Below are positions 46,106 to 53,613 of a stretch of 64,000 bases of DNA, piece by piece. The notes under the pieces are model-generated. The model made no database searches. It was not told the origin of the DNA and saw only the letters and a list, made by a program, of their open reading frames with translations. Position 1 is the stretch's first letter, and the number at the start of each line of letters is the position of its first letter. The translations under genes were made by a program, and so were the position numbers. The stretch comes from Patescibacteria group bacterium (GTDB lineage: Bacteria; Patescibacteriota; Patescibacteriia; JAHJFT01): assembly GCA_028710985.1 (NCBI GenBank), contig JAQTTB010000002.1, positions 86,750 through 150,749 of the forward strand. The letters are read 5' to 3'.

Positions 46106-48112
46106 TTACTCCTTCACGGCTATAATGATCTCATCGCTCTCCGCGGCGCCGCTCAAGAGCTCCACGAGTCCACCGTCGCCGCGCAATCCGATTACCGGCT
46201 CGCGCTCTTCGAAGGAATCGCCTTTCTTGACGCGGATAATTTTACGACCGTCTTTTGTAATCACGCTTCTCTGGGGGATAATCAAAACTCCGGTCCTTTC
46301 GTCGGTCTTTATCACCACGTCCGCCGTCATTCCGTTCTTCACCGCCTGCTCGGCTGTAAAATGAATATTTATTTTCACGCGGTAATAAACCACGTCCTGA
46401 ATTACGGTTTCGGCCGGATCAATCTCCGAGACCTCGCCGCTGAACACGGTTTCGTCGCCGTAAGCATCAAGCGTGATCTCCGCCGAATCGTTGACATTAA
46501 TTTTGACGATATCGGTTTCCGAAATGTCTACATTGACTTCAAAAATATCGGTTGAAAGCATTTCAATAACCCCGCCCACCGCTGCGGCCGATACTTGTTC
46601 GCCGACTTCGAAATTTATTTTAGTGATGAGGCCCCTGGATGGCGCGACGATACGCGACTTTTCGAAACGATTAAGGCTTAGATTATAAGCCGCCTCGGCA
46701 TTCTTAACCTGCGCCTGAAGCGGGGCCAAATCAACCGCGCGCGGATCCGCTGTCTTGAGGGACAGTGCCGCTTTGGCCGCATCTAAGGCCGCCTTCTGGA
46801 TATCGCGCGACGCCGAAGCCGAGTCCACCGCGCTTTCGTAAGCGTCTATTGAGGTGCTAGCCGAATTCTGCGACGATTCCAGGTCCTTGACCGCCTGATC
46901 ATACGCGTCACGCGCTGCGGTCAAATAAAGCTCCGCGCTCTTTAGTGACGCCGTATTTGAAGTTTCAAGATTCTGAATCGTCTGTTTCTGCGTCAGTAAA
47001 CTGGTAAGCTGGGCGTTTACAGCCGATAGATCCGTATCTATGGTGGTTTTTTTAGTATTAAGCGCTGTTAATGTCAAATCCGATCCAGTGATCGTATTAT
47101 CCAGCACCAACCGCGTTGCCGAGAGCGCCTGATGCACCTCGTTAAGCGCGTCCTCGGTTACGCTAACCGCATCCCAGATCGCCGCCTGCTCCGAGGAGGT
47201 CGTAAGGGGGTTAACTGCGTTATACGCGGCTAGCTTCTCCACCTTCGCATCGCGGTAATCATTTTGCGCTGTGGTTAGTGCCTCGGAATTTAAAACCGAG
47301 AGATACCTCTTAAAAAGCTCATTCGCCGAAGTGTCATCTACGGCGAGGGTGTTGTCCATGTCCGAAAGCGATGTCGCCATGGACGAAAGCGCGTCCTTTA
47401 AAATAACGACCGTATCCTCATACGCGTCGTTCTCGTTTTCCACACTCTGCGCGAGTGTATTGTCATAAGTTGCCTGGCGTATGGCAAGAGTATTTTCCGC
47501 GGCCGCGAGAGTGAGCCCGGACGTATCAACCGAATCGCCGGTCGTTGTCTTTGCGTTAGTTAAATCCTGCCGAGCCTTGCTCAAAGCCACTTCCGCGCTC
47601 CGAAGCGATGCCTCGGCCTTTGCCACATCCGCGCTTGAAACCTGGACCGACTGTGAAGACTCGCCGACAATCTTGAGATTCAAATTTGCCTGCGCCAGAT
47701 CAAGCGTTGCCTTGGCCTGATCCAGCTGATACTGAAGCTCTTTGTTATCCAGCTCGGCTAGAACCTGTCCTTTTTCCACCGTATCACCAACCTCCACCGT
47801 GGTACTCGCAAGCGTGCCGCTGGATTCAAATGAAAGCTGCACCTCGGCAAGCGCCTTCACGGTTCCGGTCGCGTCCACGGTCTGTATCAAATTACCGCGA
47901 TAAACCCTCACGGTATCGTATTCCGCTGCCTTCTCACTAAACCAAAATACGCGCGCCAAACCGGCGGCCGCAATTAACAAAACAATGGCAATCCCAATAA
48001 TATATCGCTTTTTTATCTTTCCCGATGCCATATTATGATAATTGTACAGTAAATCTTTGCATATGTAAATCGTAATTGAACATAAATAAAAAATGACCCG
48101 CCGTCGGGTCAT
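46106..48112 (-). CDS. Periplasmic adaptor / membrane fusion protein (HlyD/MacA-like) with a very long coiled-coil
   Basis: N-terminal transmembrane helix, biotinyl-lipoyl-like and beta-barrel segments, and an extended Ala/Leu/Thr-rich coiled-coil. Confidence 0.7.
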   Translation of the reverse strand: MTRRRVIFYLCSITIYICKDLLYNYHNMASGKIKKRYIIGIAIVLLIAAAGLARVFWFSEKAAEYDTVRVYRGNLIQTVDATGTVKALAEVQLSFESSGTLASTTVEVGDTVEKGQVLAELDNKELQYQLDQAKATLDLAQANLNLKIVGESSQSVQVSSADVAKAEASLRSAEVALSKARQDLTNAKTTTGDSVDTSGLTLAAAENTLAIRQATYDNTLAQSVENENDAYEDTVVILKDALSSMATSLSDMDNTLAVDDTSANELFKRYLSVLNSEALTTAQNDYRDAKVEKLAAYNAVNPLTTSSEQAAIWDAVSVTEDALNEVHQALSATRLVLDNTITGSDLTLTALNTKKTTIDTDLSAVNAQLTSLLTQKQTIQNLETSNTASLKSAELYLTAARDAYDQAVKDLESSQNSASTSIDAYESAVDSASASRDIQKAALDAAKAALSLKTADPRAVDLAPLQAQVKNAEAAYNLSLNRFEKSRIVAPSRGLITKINFEVGEQVSAAAVGGVIEMLSTDIFEVNVDISETDIVKINVNDSAEITLDAYGDETVFSGEVSEIDPAETVIQDVVYYRVKINIHFTAEQAVKNGMTADVVIKTDERTGVLIIPQRSVITKDGRKIIRVKKGDSFEEREPVIGLRGDGGLVELLSGAAESDEIIIAVKE

Positions 48113-48124
48113 TTTAAATAAAAA

Positions 48125-48526
48125 TTAATAGGAAAGCAGGGGTATGAGCACTCCGTAGATAATGCCAAAAATCAAATTCAAACTAATTTTTTCAATTACC
48201 ATTCCTCTCTTGCGCGTCAGAACCGCGAGAAATGTAAAAAGCAGAACAAACGCGCCGGCCACGGCCATAAAATGAGTTTTAGCGTCCGCGCCGTACTGCG
48301 AAATCATATATCTAAAAACCAGCGCCGCGCCGAGTGCGAAAACAATATTCGCGCCTACCGCAAATATTACGCCCCAGATGCGCACGCGCTCCGACGTCGC
48401 GGCCTGCATACCTGCCACCTGGCCCCGGAAAAAATCCGATATCCGGACCGACCGAATCAAAACCAGCGCCACGCACAGAAGCGTGGCCACAAGAAACGCG
48501 ATCGCTGATGCGAAAAATGGATTCAT
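48125..48526 (-). CDS. Hypothetical four-transmembrane-helix membrane protein
   Basis: Hydrophobic helices only. Confidence 0.35.
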   Translation of the reverse strand: MNPFFASAIAFLVATLLCVALVLIRSVRISDFFRGQVAGMQAATSERVRIWGVIFAVGANIVFALGAALVFRYMISQYGADAKTHFMAVAGAFVLLFTFLAVLTRKRGMVIEKISLNLIFGIIYGVLIPLLSY

Positions 48527-48960
48527 AGCACGAATAATATATCAAATAATCGCATATTTGGCAACCGATCAGGAACGTCCGCACATTGACAAAAATTCGC
48601 AAATATGCTACCGTTGTCAATGACAGGGCGCTCCTCGTCGTGTCGCTCCGGTGGGGCACGGGAATGCTTCGCTTCCGCCCTTCACCAATCCCCCGAGGGC
48701 TCGGGCGGATGAAGTGAAACGGAACATTAATGTCTTCTTTCGCCTTCCCCTAACTAGCTCACCGTTTGAACGGTCGAGCAAAGCACAGGGATAGTGTTCG
48801 ACGAACCTACCCTAAAGAGGTGCGGGCGTCCGGACATGAAAAGCGAGAGCTGACGTTCAAGCGTTCCCGTGTTCCCACCGTGTTAAAATGATCTCTCCCT
48901 GGTCTCCCCAGAGACTGGAAAAACAGTGAATGACGATACCGGCTTGGGAGTGCCCGTACT

Positions 48961-49014
48961 CGCGCATGTGGCTTGCAGCCCAGTCGCGATCTCTCAGTCT
49001 CCTACTGAGTGCGC
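48961..49014 (+). repeat. Direct repeat R1 (54 nt) inside the ncRNA locus
   Basis: cgcgcatgtggcttgcagcccagtcgcgatctctcagtctcctactgagtgcgc. Confidence 0.7.
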
Positions 49015-49052
49015 GGGCGCTTAGTGTATCGGCTTAACCATCAGGCTTTCTT

Positions 49053-49104
49053 CGCGCATGTGGCTTGCAGCCCAGTCGCGATCTCTCAGTCCTACTGAGT
49101 GCGC
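49053..49104 (+). repeat. Direct repeat R2 (52 nt; differs from R1 by a 2-nt indel), enclosed by a stem formed from its flanking sequences
   Basis: The spacer (gcttagtgtatcgg...catcagg) is complementary to the 3' flank (cctgatccgatacgcctaa). Confidence 0.7.
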
Positions 49105-49150
49105 CTGATCCGATACGCCTAACTCATATCACTTCGTCTTTCGCTCTTAT

Positions 49151-49177
49151 GACCACCCCTTGGTGGTCCTTTTTTAT
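49151..49177 (+). terminator. Intrinsic terminator (gaccacc cctt ggtggtc followed by T6)
   Basis: Seen directly. Confidence 0.7.
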
Positions 49178-49189
49178 ATTAAAATATCA

Positions 49190-49222
49190 AAAATAAAACC
49201 GGCCTTTGAGCAAGGACCGGCG
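49190..49222 (-). terminator. Minus-strand intrinsic terminator (gccggtcc...ggccgg followed by a T run); a paralogous copy is at 49659-49691
   Basis: aaaataaaaccggcc-N9-11-gaccggc occurs twice. Confidence 0.5.
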
Positions 49223-49390
49223 AGAAATCTATCGCGACCGCCATTCAATGAGCTTAAAGACGACCAGGTGCGCCAAAGGAGCTGAAAGGACTACGATCAC
49301 CACCTGCTGCCATTCGGAAATCTGAAGATACGCCTCCATGCTACCTCCTTGCGTTACTTGCTGCAATGATAAGGCCGGTGAGAAAAAGCG

Positions 49391-49603
49391 CTATGTAGGT
49401 ATCTCGTCCGGCGGCTGGTATTTGAAGGCCGTACCTGCCTTTTCGCATCTCGCGGCCTCCTCCCAAATCGCGTCGAAGTTCATGGGAATATCCCTTAATT
49501 TCTCAGTTGTACCGACCGGACTCCCATCGTATTCGACGACGAGTCCATTCTCCTCGGCGAACTTCGCCAAATCAAGGTTGTTTCGTTTTATCTTATCTCC
49601 CAC
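49391..49603 (-). CDS. Hypothetical 70-aa protein with a GTG start preceded by a GGAG Shine-Dalgarno sequence
   Basis: AAAGGAGAT lies 7 nt upstream of the GTG; no recognised motif. Confidence 0.35.
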   Translation of the reverse strand: MGDKIKRNNLDLAKFAEENGLVVEYDGSPVGTTEKLRDIPMNFDAIWEEAARCEKAGTAFKYQPPDEIPT

Positions 49604-49723
49604 GTGGCATCTCCTTTTCTTGATTAAAAGACCTAAATTAATATTATCATAATGTATAAAAAAATAAAACCGGCCCCAAGATGAGACCGGCAGTCAACAT
49701 TAAATAATTAATATCAACTCTAT

Positions 49724-49753
49724 TTGACTCCCTGCCATATCGGAATGTATAAT
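49724..49753 (+). promoter_or_regulatory. Sigma-70 promoter TTGACT-18-TATAAT followed by a strong AGGAGG Shine-Dalgarno sequence at 49762-49767
   Basis: Seen directly; a strong Shine-Dalgarno sequence is atypical for this window. Confidence 0.55.
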
Positions 49754-49774
49754 TTTCACAAAGGAGGATGCGCA

Positions 49775-50113
49775 ATGACAGAAGAACTTTTAACAATCGC
49801 CGCTATTTATGTTTCCTTAATCTCGCTACTGCTGATGGCATGCAAAATATACCCTGGGAGAAAGCGGAAGAATTTTTATCGGCAGTTGTTTCAACCGCTT
49901 CATGCCGAATCGAGCGACCGTCAGCCGGAACCGGTTGATTACGAGGCAATTCGCCGAGAAAGGCTTGAAGCCGGCTGGCAAGAAATCGAACCTGGATATT
50001 TCATATATCCTCATATAATTGCGTTCTGTAATGATGGCACAACGATGGAGCTAGCTCTCAACCAATTACCACCAATTCGGAAATTATCCGAACGGGAGGA
50101 AAACTATGCCTAA
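49775..50113 (+). CDS. Small membrane-anchored hypothetical protein (about 112 aa)
   Basis: The start is placed at MTEELL, 8 nt after AGGAGG; there is one transmembrane helix; the stop overlaps the next start (ATGCCTAA). Confidence 0.4.
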   Translation: MTEELLTIAAIYVSLISLLLMACKIYPGRKRKNFYRQLFQPLHAESSDRQPEPVDYEAIRRERLEAGWQEIEPGYFIYPHIIAFCNDGTTMELALNQLPPIRKLSEREENYA

Positions 50114-50339
50114 CCGCAAACCGCTGTCCAGGGAGGAAGCTGATAACATGACTCAACGGGGCCGCTTTTCCTGCGATCCCTACGACTCACAGCCAACCCT
50201 GGAACAGCTGGCAAAGGCAAGGGCAACCGTCTCCCTGGCGCTTCAAGGCAAACTAACGCCGGGCAAGGGCTTCATCGGCAGTCCGATCGAAGAGACAGGG
50301 CTAGCACATCTACGAAAAATGCATCGCACTTCCCGCTGA
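50106..50339 (+). CDS. Small hypothetical protein (77 aa), translationally coupled to the upstream gene
   Basis: Start/stop overlap; followed by a terminator at 50344-50378. Confidence 0.4.
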   Translation: MPNRKPLSREEADNMTQRGRFSCDPYDSQPTLEQLAKARATVSLALQGKLTPGKGFIGSPIEETGLAHLRKMHRTSR

Positions 50340-50343
50340 CCGC

Positions 50344-50378
50344 GGCCCATCTCGCTTGAGGTGGGCCCATTTTTATTT
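50344..50378 (+). terminator. Intrinsic terminator (ggcccatctc...gaggtgggccc followed by a T run)
   Basis: Seen directly; a second hairpin at 50392-50420 serves the convergent minus-strand gene. Confidence 0.55.
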
Positions 50379-50435
50379 TACTCGCATTAAACAAAAAACG
50401 GGCATTACGCCCGTTTTTAAGATTGGCAATTTGAA

Positions 50436-50768
50436 TTAAAACTTGAACACATCGGCAAACTTGCCAACGATTGGCAATGGCTCTTGTTTCCCATTGACGG
50501 CATTAATAATACCGAGGATCAATAAAACCAAGGTGCCTAAGCTCAGAATCCAACTAACGGTAAACCAGAAATAAAACGGGATTATCCAGCCAATCACATT
50601 GATTAAAACTACAAGCAGAAACAATACCAAACCCTGTTTAACATGATACTTCACGAACGGATCTTTGCGAGCATCGCCGGTTAGGAGTGGAACAAAAAAT
50701 AAAATATACGCGATGGCAGCCATTGTAGTATTTTTATTTCCGCCACTCATTGGGGCATCCTGCGCCAT
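50436..50768 (-). CDS. Small membrane protein, DUF4870-like
   Basis: Two or three transmembrane helices with a YILFFVPLLTGD...FVKYHVKQG pattern. Confidence 0.4.
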   Translation of the reverse strand: MAQDAPMSGGNKNTTMAAIAYILFFVPLLTGDARKDPFVKYHVKQGLVLFLLVVLINVIGWIIPFYFWFTVSWILSLGTLVLLILGIINAVNGKQEPLPIVGKFADVFKF

Positions 50769-50792
50769 ATAGATGAAATTAAAAAATTAAAA

Positions 50793-51479
50793 CTATTGAG
50801 CAATCTTCGTGATATTGACACTCACATCCTGCCCATCAACCTCAAAGCCAACGGAATATGAATAAGTCTCCATATCGCCAGCCATTATCATGGCAGTTTT
50901 GTCATCAATACTGCTTTGAATAATCTCCAGACCCTTGTCTTTAATTACCTCATTGAGCGCACTCAAATCAGCCCCAGTCGCCAAGCGTGAGATTTTAAAT
51001 TCCATTATGGAAAAAACTGCGCCTTCGGAATCATACACGCTCGAAGAAACGGCAGTTAATTTAACATCCCCAAAAACTTTCTCCAAATCTTTTTTGGCTT
51101 CTTCAGCCGCAGATCGTGAATTATCATCGTAAATCTCGGCTTCCTCTGCCTCGTTATACCTGTCTTTCGGCGTTTTGGCTGCCTCTCGGGCCTCTTCGGC
51201 CGCTTGCTCCGCTTCACTCTCAGCCTCTTCTTTGGCAATTTCCTGCGCTATTTGTTCGGATAAATCGCCTCCGCCAGTAATTTTGCCCAGCAATCCGCCC
51301 ATGCCCGTATTCACCCCATATATCTCTTGTAGGATTTGATTTGCCATCCTCTGTTGGCGCCAGCGATTATAACCGTAATATAAACCGCCCGCTACCACCA
51401 GCACCGCCAATACAATAATAATAACTGTAATTGTTTTTTTATTGCTCGTAGTTGTTTTTGTAGTGGTTTTAGTATCCAT
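50793..51479 (-). CDS. Membrane-anchored hypothetical protein with an acidic low-complexity linker
   Basis: Transmembrane helix, Glu/Ala-rich stretch, C-terminal globular part. Confidence 0.35.
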   Translation of the reverse strand: MDTKTTTKTTTSNKKTITVIIIVLAVLVVAGGLYYGYNRWRQQRMANQILQEIYGVNTGMGGLLGKITGGGDLSEQIAQEIAKEEAESEAEQAAEEAREAAKTPKDRYNEAEEAEIYDDNSRSAAEEAKKDLEKVFGDVKLTAVSSSVYDSEGAVFSIMEFKISRLATGADLSALNEVIKDKGLEIIQSSIDDKTAMIMAGDMETYSYSVGFEVDGQDVSVNITKIAQ

Positions 51480-51545
51480 AGATTTAATATTTAGTAAAAT
51501 AATAAAATTCTTTTCTCCGACCTTTATTATTCCTTCGCCGAAAAT

Positions 51546-52052
51546 TTAATATAAGTTAATCCTATCAATTAAACCATTGATAATAATTTTTAAAAGGCTT
51601 TGAAAAAAAACGGGATTCATGATGTAAACCGCGGTTAAGGATCCGATACAGATGACTACCGATAGCCACTTGGTATAAACACCGGCCGTGCGAAAAAACA
51701 AAACCACTGATAAAATCGCGGTTAAAATCGGACCAAAGATTTTAATATCACCCAGGGGCAAATAATATCCACCAATATACTTACTCTCTTCACCGAAAAA
51801 ATTAGCCAAATCAAAATTTACCCTAAAAATTATTAAAATTGCCTCCAGGACTAAAATAATCAACAGGGCAATTGCAGAATATCTGGTAGTTGCGCCCTCT
51901 TGCGTACGATAAATTTCATAAATGACAACCGGCATGAGACCGATTATGATCCACAAAGGATTGAAGTAAAAGAAAGCCATAATTGCCATCACGACGGTAA
52001 CTATGGTTAGGATCGTGCAATATAGGGGAGCATTTTTTGTAGGTTTGGCCAT
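51546..52052 (-). CDS. Hypothetical five-transmembrane-helix membrane protein
   Basis: Hydrophobic helices only. Confidence 0.35.
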   Translation of the reverse strand: MAKPTKNAPLYCTILTIVTVVMAIMAFFYFNPLWIIIGLMPVVIYEIYRTQEGATTRYSAIALLIILVLEAILIIFRVNFDLANFFGEESKYIGGYYLPLGDIKIFGPILTAILSVVLFFRTAGVYTKWLSVVICIGSLTAVYIMNPVFFQSLLKIIINGLIDRINLY

Positions 52053-52158
52053 AAAATTATTATTAGTATTATAACATTTTACGCAAACCGATGCAAAATA
52101 CTAAAAGCGGCCTCTCTGGCCGCCTATTTATAAACTAAAAAATGAATTTCATATTTCT

Positions 52159-52233
52159 TGGTAGCCTCAAGGGGAATCGAACCCCTGTTCCATCCTTGAG
52201 AGGGATGTGTCCTAACCGTTAGACGATGAGGCC
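52159..52233 (-). tRNA. tRNA-Glu (anticodon CUC)
   Basis: Reverse complement folds as acceptor ggcctca, D-arm gtct/ggac, anticodon loop ctCTCaa, T-arm agggg-ttcgatt-cccct, encoded CCA; an intrinsic terminator follows at 52100-52128. Confidence 0.85.
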
Positions 52234-52291
52234 GTTGATAAACCATCCTACTGCAAAATACTATTTTTTTCAATACTGCCTGACTTCTATC

Positions 52292-53590
52292 TTATTTCAG
52301 CCAGGTTTCGTCCTGACGACAAAGCAGGTCCGCGGCCCGCAAGGGTTCGGCCATAAGCTCTTTCACCACATGCTCCATGCGCATGCCCTGCGAACCCTTC
52401 ATGAGCAGCAGGTCGTTTTCATGAATTTGGTCCTGCAAAAATCTTCCGGCCTCGGGCGATGAGTTGAAATAATAAATATGGTCTTCCGGAATGCCAGCCG
52501 CGATTGCGGCCTTGGCAATATCCCTGGCGCGCTCCCCGACTGTCACCAAAAAATCAATTCCCAGATCCCCAACACGTTTTCCCACATCCGCATGCCCTTT
52601 TTCCGTAAAATTGCCGAGTTCGAGCATATCCCCGAGTACGGCCCAACGCCGGCCGGATTCGAATATCTCCAGTTCGGCAAGAGTATTGACCGCCGAGAGC
52701 GTGGCAAGCGGGGATGCGTTATAGGTGTCATCGATTAACCATGTATTCTTGATGCCCTTAACCACCCTCATGCGTCCGCGCGGGGCCTGATAATTTCTGA
52801 GCGCTTGGGCGATATCAACCATATTCATACCGAAATGAACTCCGACCGCCGCGCCAACCAGCGCCGCATACGCGTGGGCTCGTCCGAGCACGGCCGGCAG
52901 GGTTACCGGCACCGCGTTGCCTCCGTGAATAATTTTGAAATTTACGCCGGAAATTTCCTCTTCCGGGCGCGACGGATCCGGAATAAATTTATTCATCATT
53001 TCAATTGCGCGAACATCGGCGCCTTCCTCAAAGCCATAACCCATTACTTTCGCCCGGGTTTCTTCGTGGATATTCCAGACATTAATGTCGTCTCTATTCA
53101 ATATCGCAAGTTTATCCGGCCCGAGATGCGAAACTACAATCTTTTTCTCCTGAAGAACGCCTTTTATATCTTGAAAAAATTCAACATGCACCGGCGCGAT
53201 TGATGTAACCACGCCGACATCACAGGGAGCGAGATTGGTCAAATATTTTATGTCACCCGGACGATCCGCGCCCATTTCCAAAACCAATATCTGCGGATAA
53301 TTTTCATCCCGGAAAATTAAAAGTTCAAATGCTTTCCAAAAAATTCCCAGCCAGCGCAAGACTGATTTTAGCCCCGATGATTCGCCGATAATCGTGAGTG
53401 GCAAACCAATTTCATTATTATAATTCTTGATATTGCGGCGAACATTGAATTTGCTGGAGAGGACGACGAAAATCGCCTCCTTTGACGAAGTCTTGCCCAT
53501 TGAACCCGTAATGCCGATTATCTTGGGCTTATATTTATATAAAATTTGCTTTGACAAAAAGTATAATACTTTCTGAATAATCATTTTCAT
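52292..53590 (-). CDS. murF: UDP-MurNAc-tripeptide--D-alanyl-D-alanine ligase
   Basis: Mur ligase P-loop GITGSMGKTSSKE with MurF-type N- and C-domains. Confidence 0.8.
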   Translation of the reverse strand: MKMIIQKVLYFLSKQILYKYKPKIIGITGSMGKTSSKEAIFVVLSSKFNVRRNIKNYNNEIGLPLTIIGESSGLKSVLRWLGIFWKAFELLIFRDENYPQILVLEMGADRPGDIKYLTNLAPCDVGVVTSIAPVHVEFFQDIKGVLQEKKIVVSHLGPDKLAILNRDDINVWNIHEETRAKVMGYGFEEGADVRAIEMMNKFIPDPSRPEEEISGVNFKIIHGGNAVPVTLPAVLGRAHAYAALVGAAVGVHFGMNMVDIAQALRNYQAPRGRMRVVKGIKNTWLIDDTYNASPLATLSAVNTLAELEIFESGRRWAVLGDMLELGNFTEKGHADVGKRVGDLGIDFLVTVGERARDIAKAAIAAGIPEDHIYYFNSSPEAGRFLQDQIHENDLLLMKGSQGMRMEHVVKELMAEPLRAADLLCRQDETWLK

Positions 53591-53613
53591 GAATTTGTCT
53601 CTAAATACTTAAA

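Larger units (their letters stand above)
48586..49177 (+). ncRNA. Candidate large structured non-coding RNA (about 590 nt, GC-rich) with its own promoter, two 52-54-nt direct repeats and an intrinsic terminator
   Basis: No ORF of 60 aa or more on the sense strand across 48660-49337. Contains the promoter TTGACA-17-TGcTACCGT, a 9-bp operator palindrome cattgacaa-N25-ttgtcaatg, dense local hairpins and a terminator at 49151-49177. Confidence 0.4.

Noticed and set aside
48961-49104. A possible mini-CRISPR array (two 52-54-nt direct repeats with a 38-nt spacer)
   Set aside because: There are only two repeats. The repeat length is at the extreme for CRISPR. The spacer is complementary to the 3' flank, which is structural and not spacer-like. 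No cas genes or leader are present. It is treated as internal repeats of a structured RNA.
48586-49177. Identification of the ncRNA as RNase P RNA, tmRNA, SRP RNA, a type III toxin-antitoxin antitoxin, or a retron or omega RNA
   Set aside because: None of the expected hallmarks is present: no P4 GGAAAGUCCGGGC / ACAGAACCCGGCUUA strands, no tmRNA tRNA-like T-arm with CCA or ...AA stop tag frame, no helix-8 GGAAGCAGC, no ToxN-like ORF downstream, and no RT, IscB or TnpB ORF nearby. The identity is left open.
49338-49652. ORF 49338..49652(+), 104 aa
   Set aside because: It is antisense to the better-supported 70-aa gene with a Shine-Dalgarno sequence, and it has low-complexity Ser/Leu-rich composition. 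It is likely a shadow ORF.
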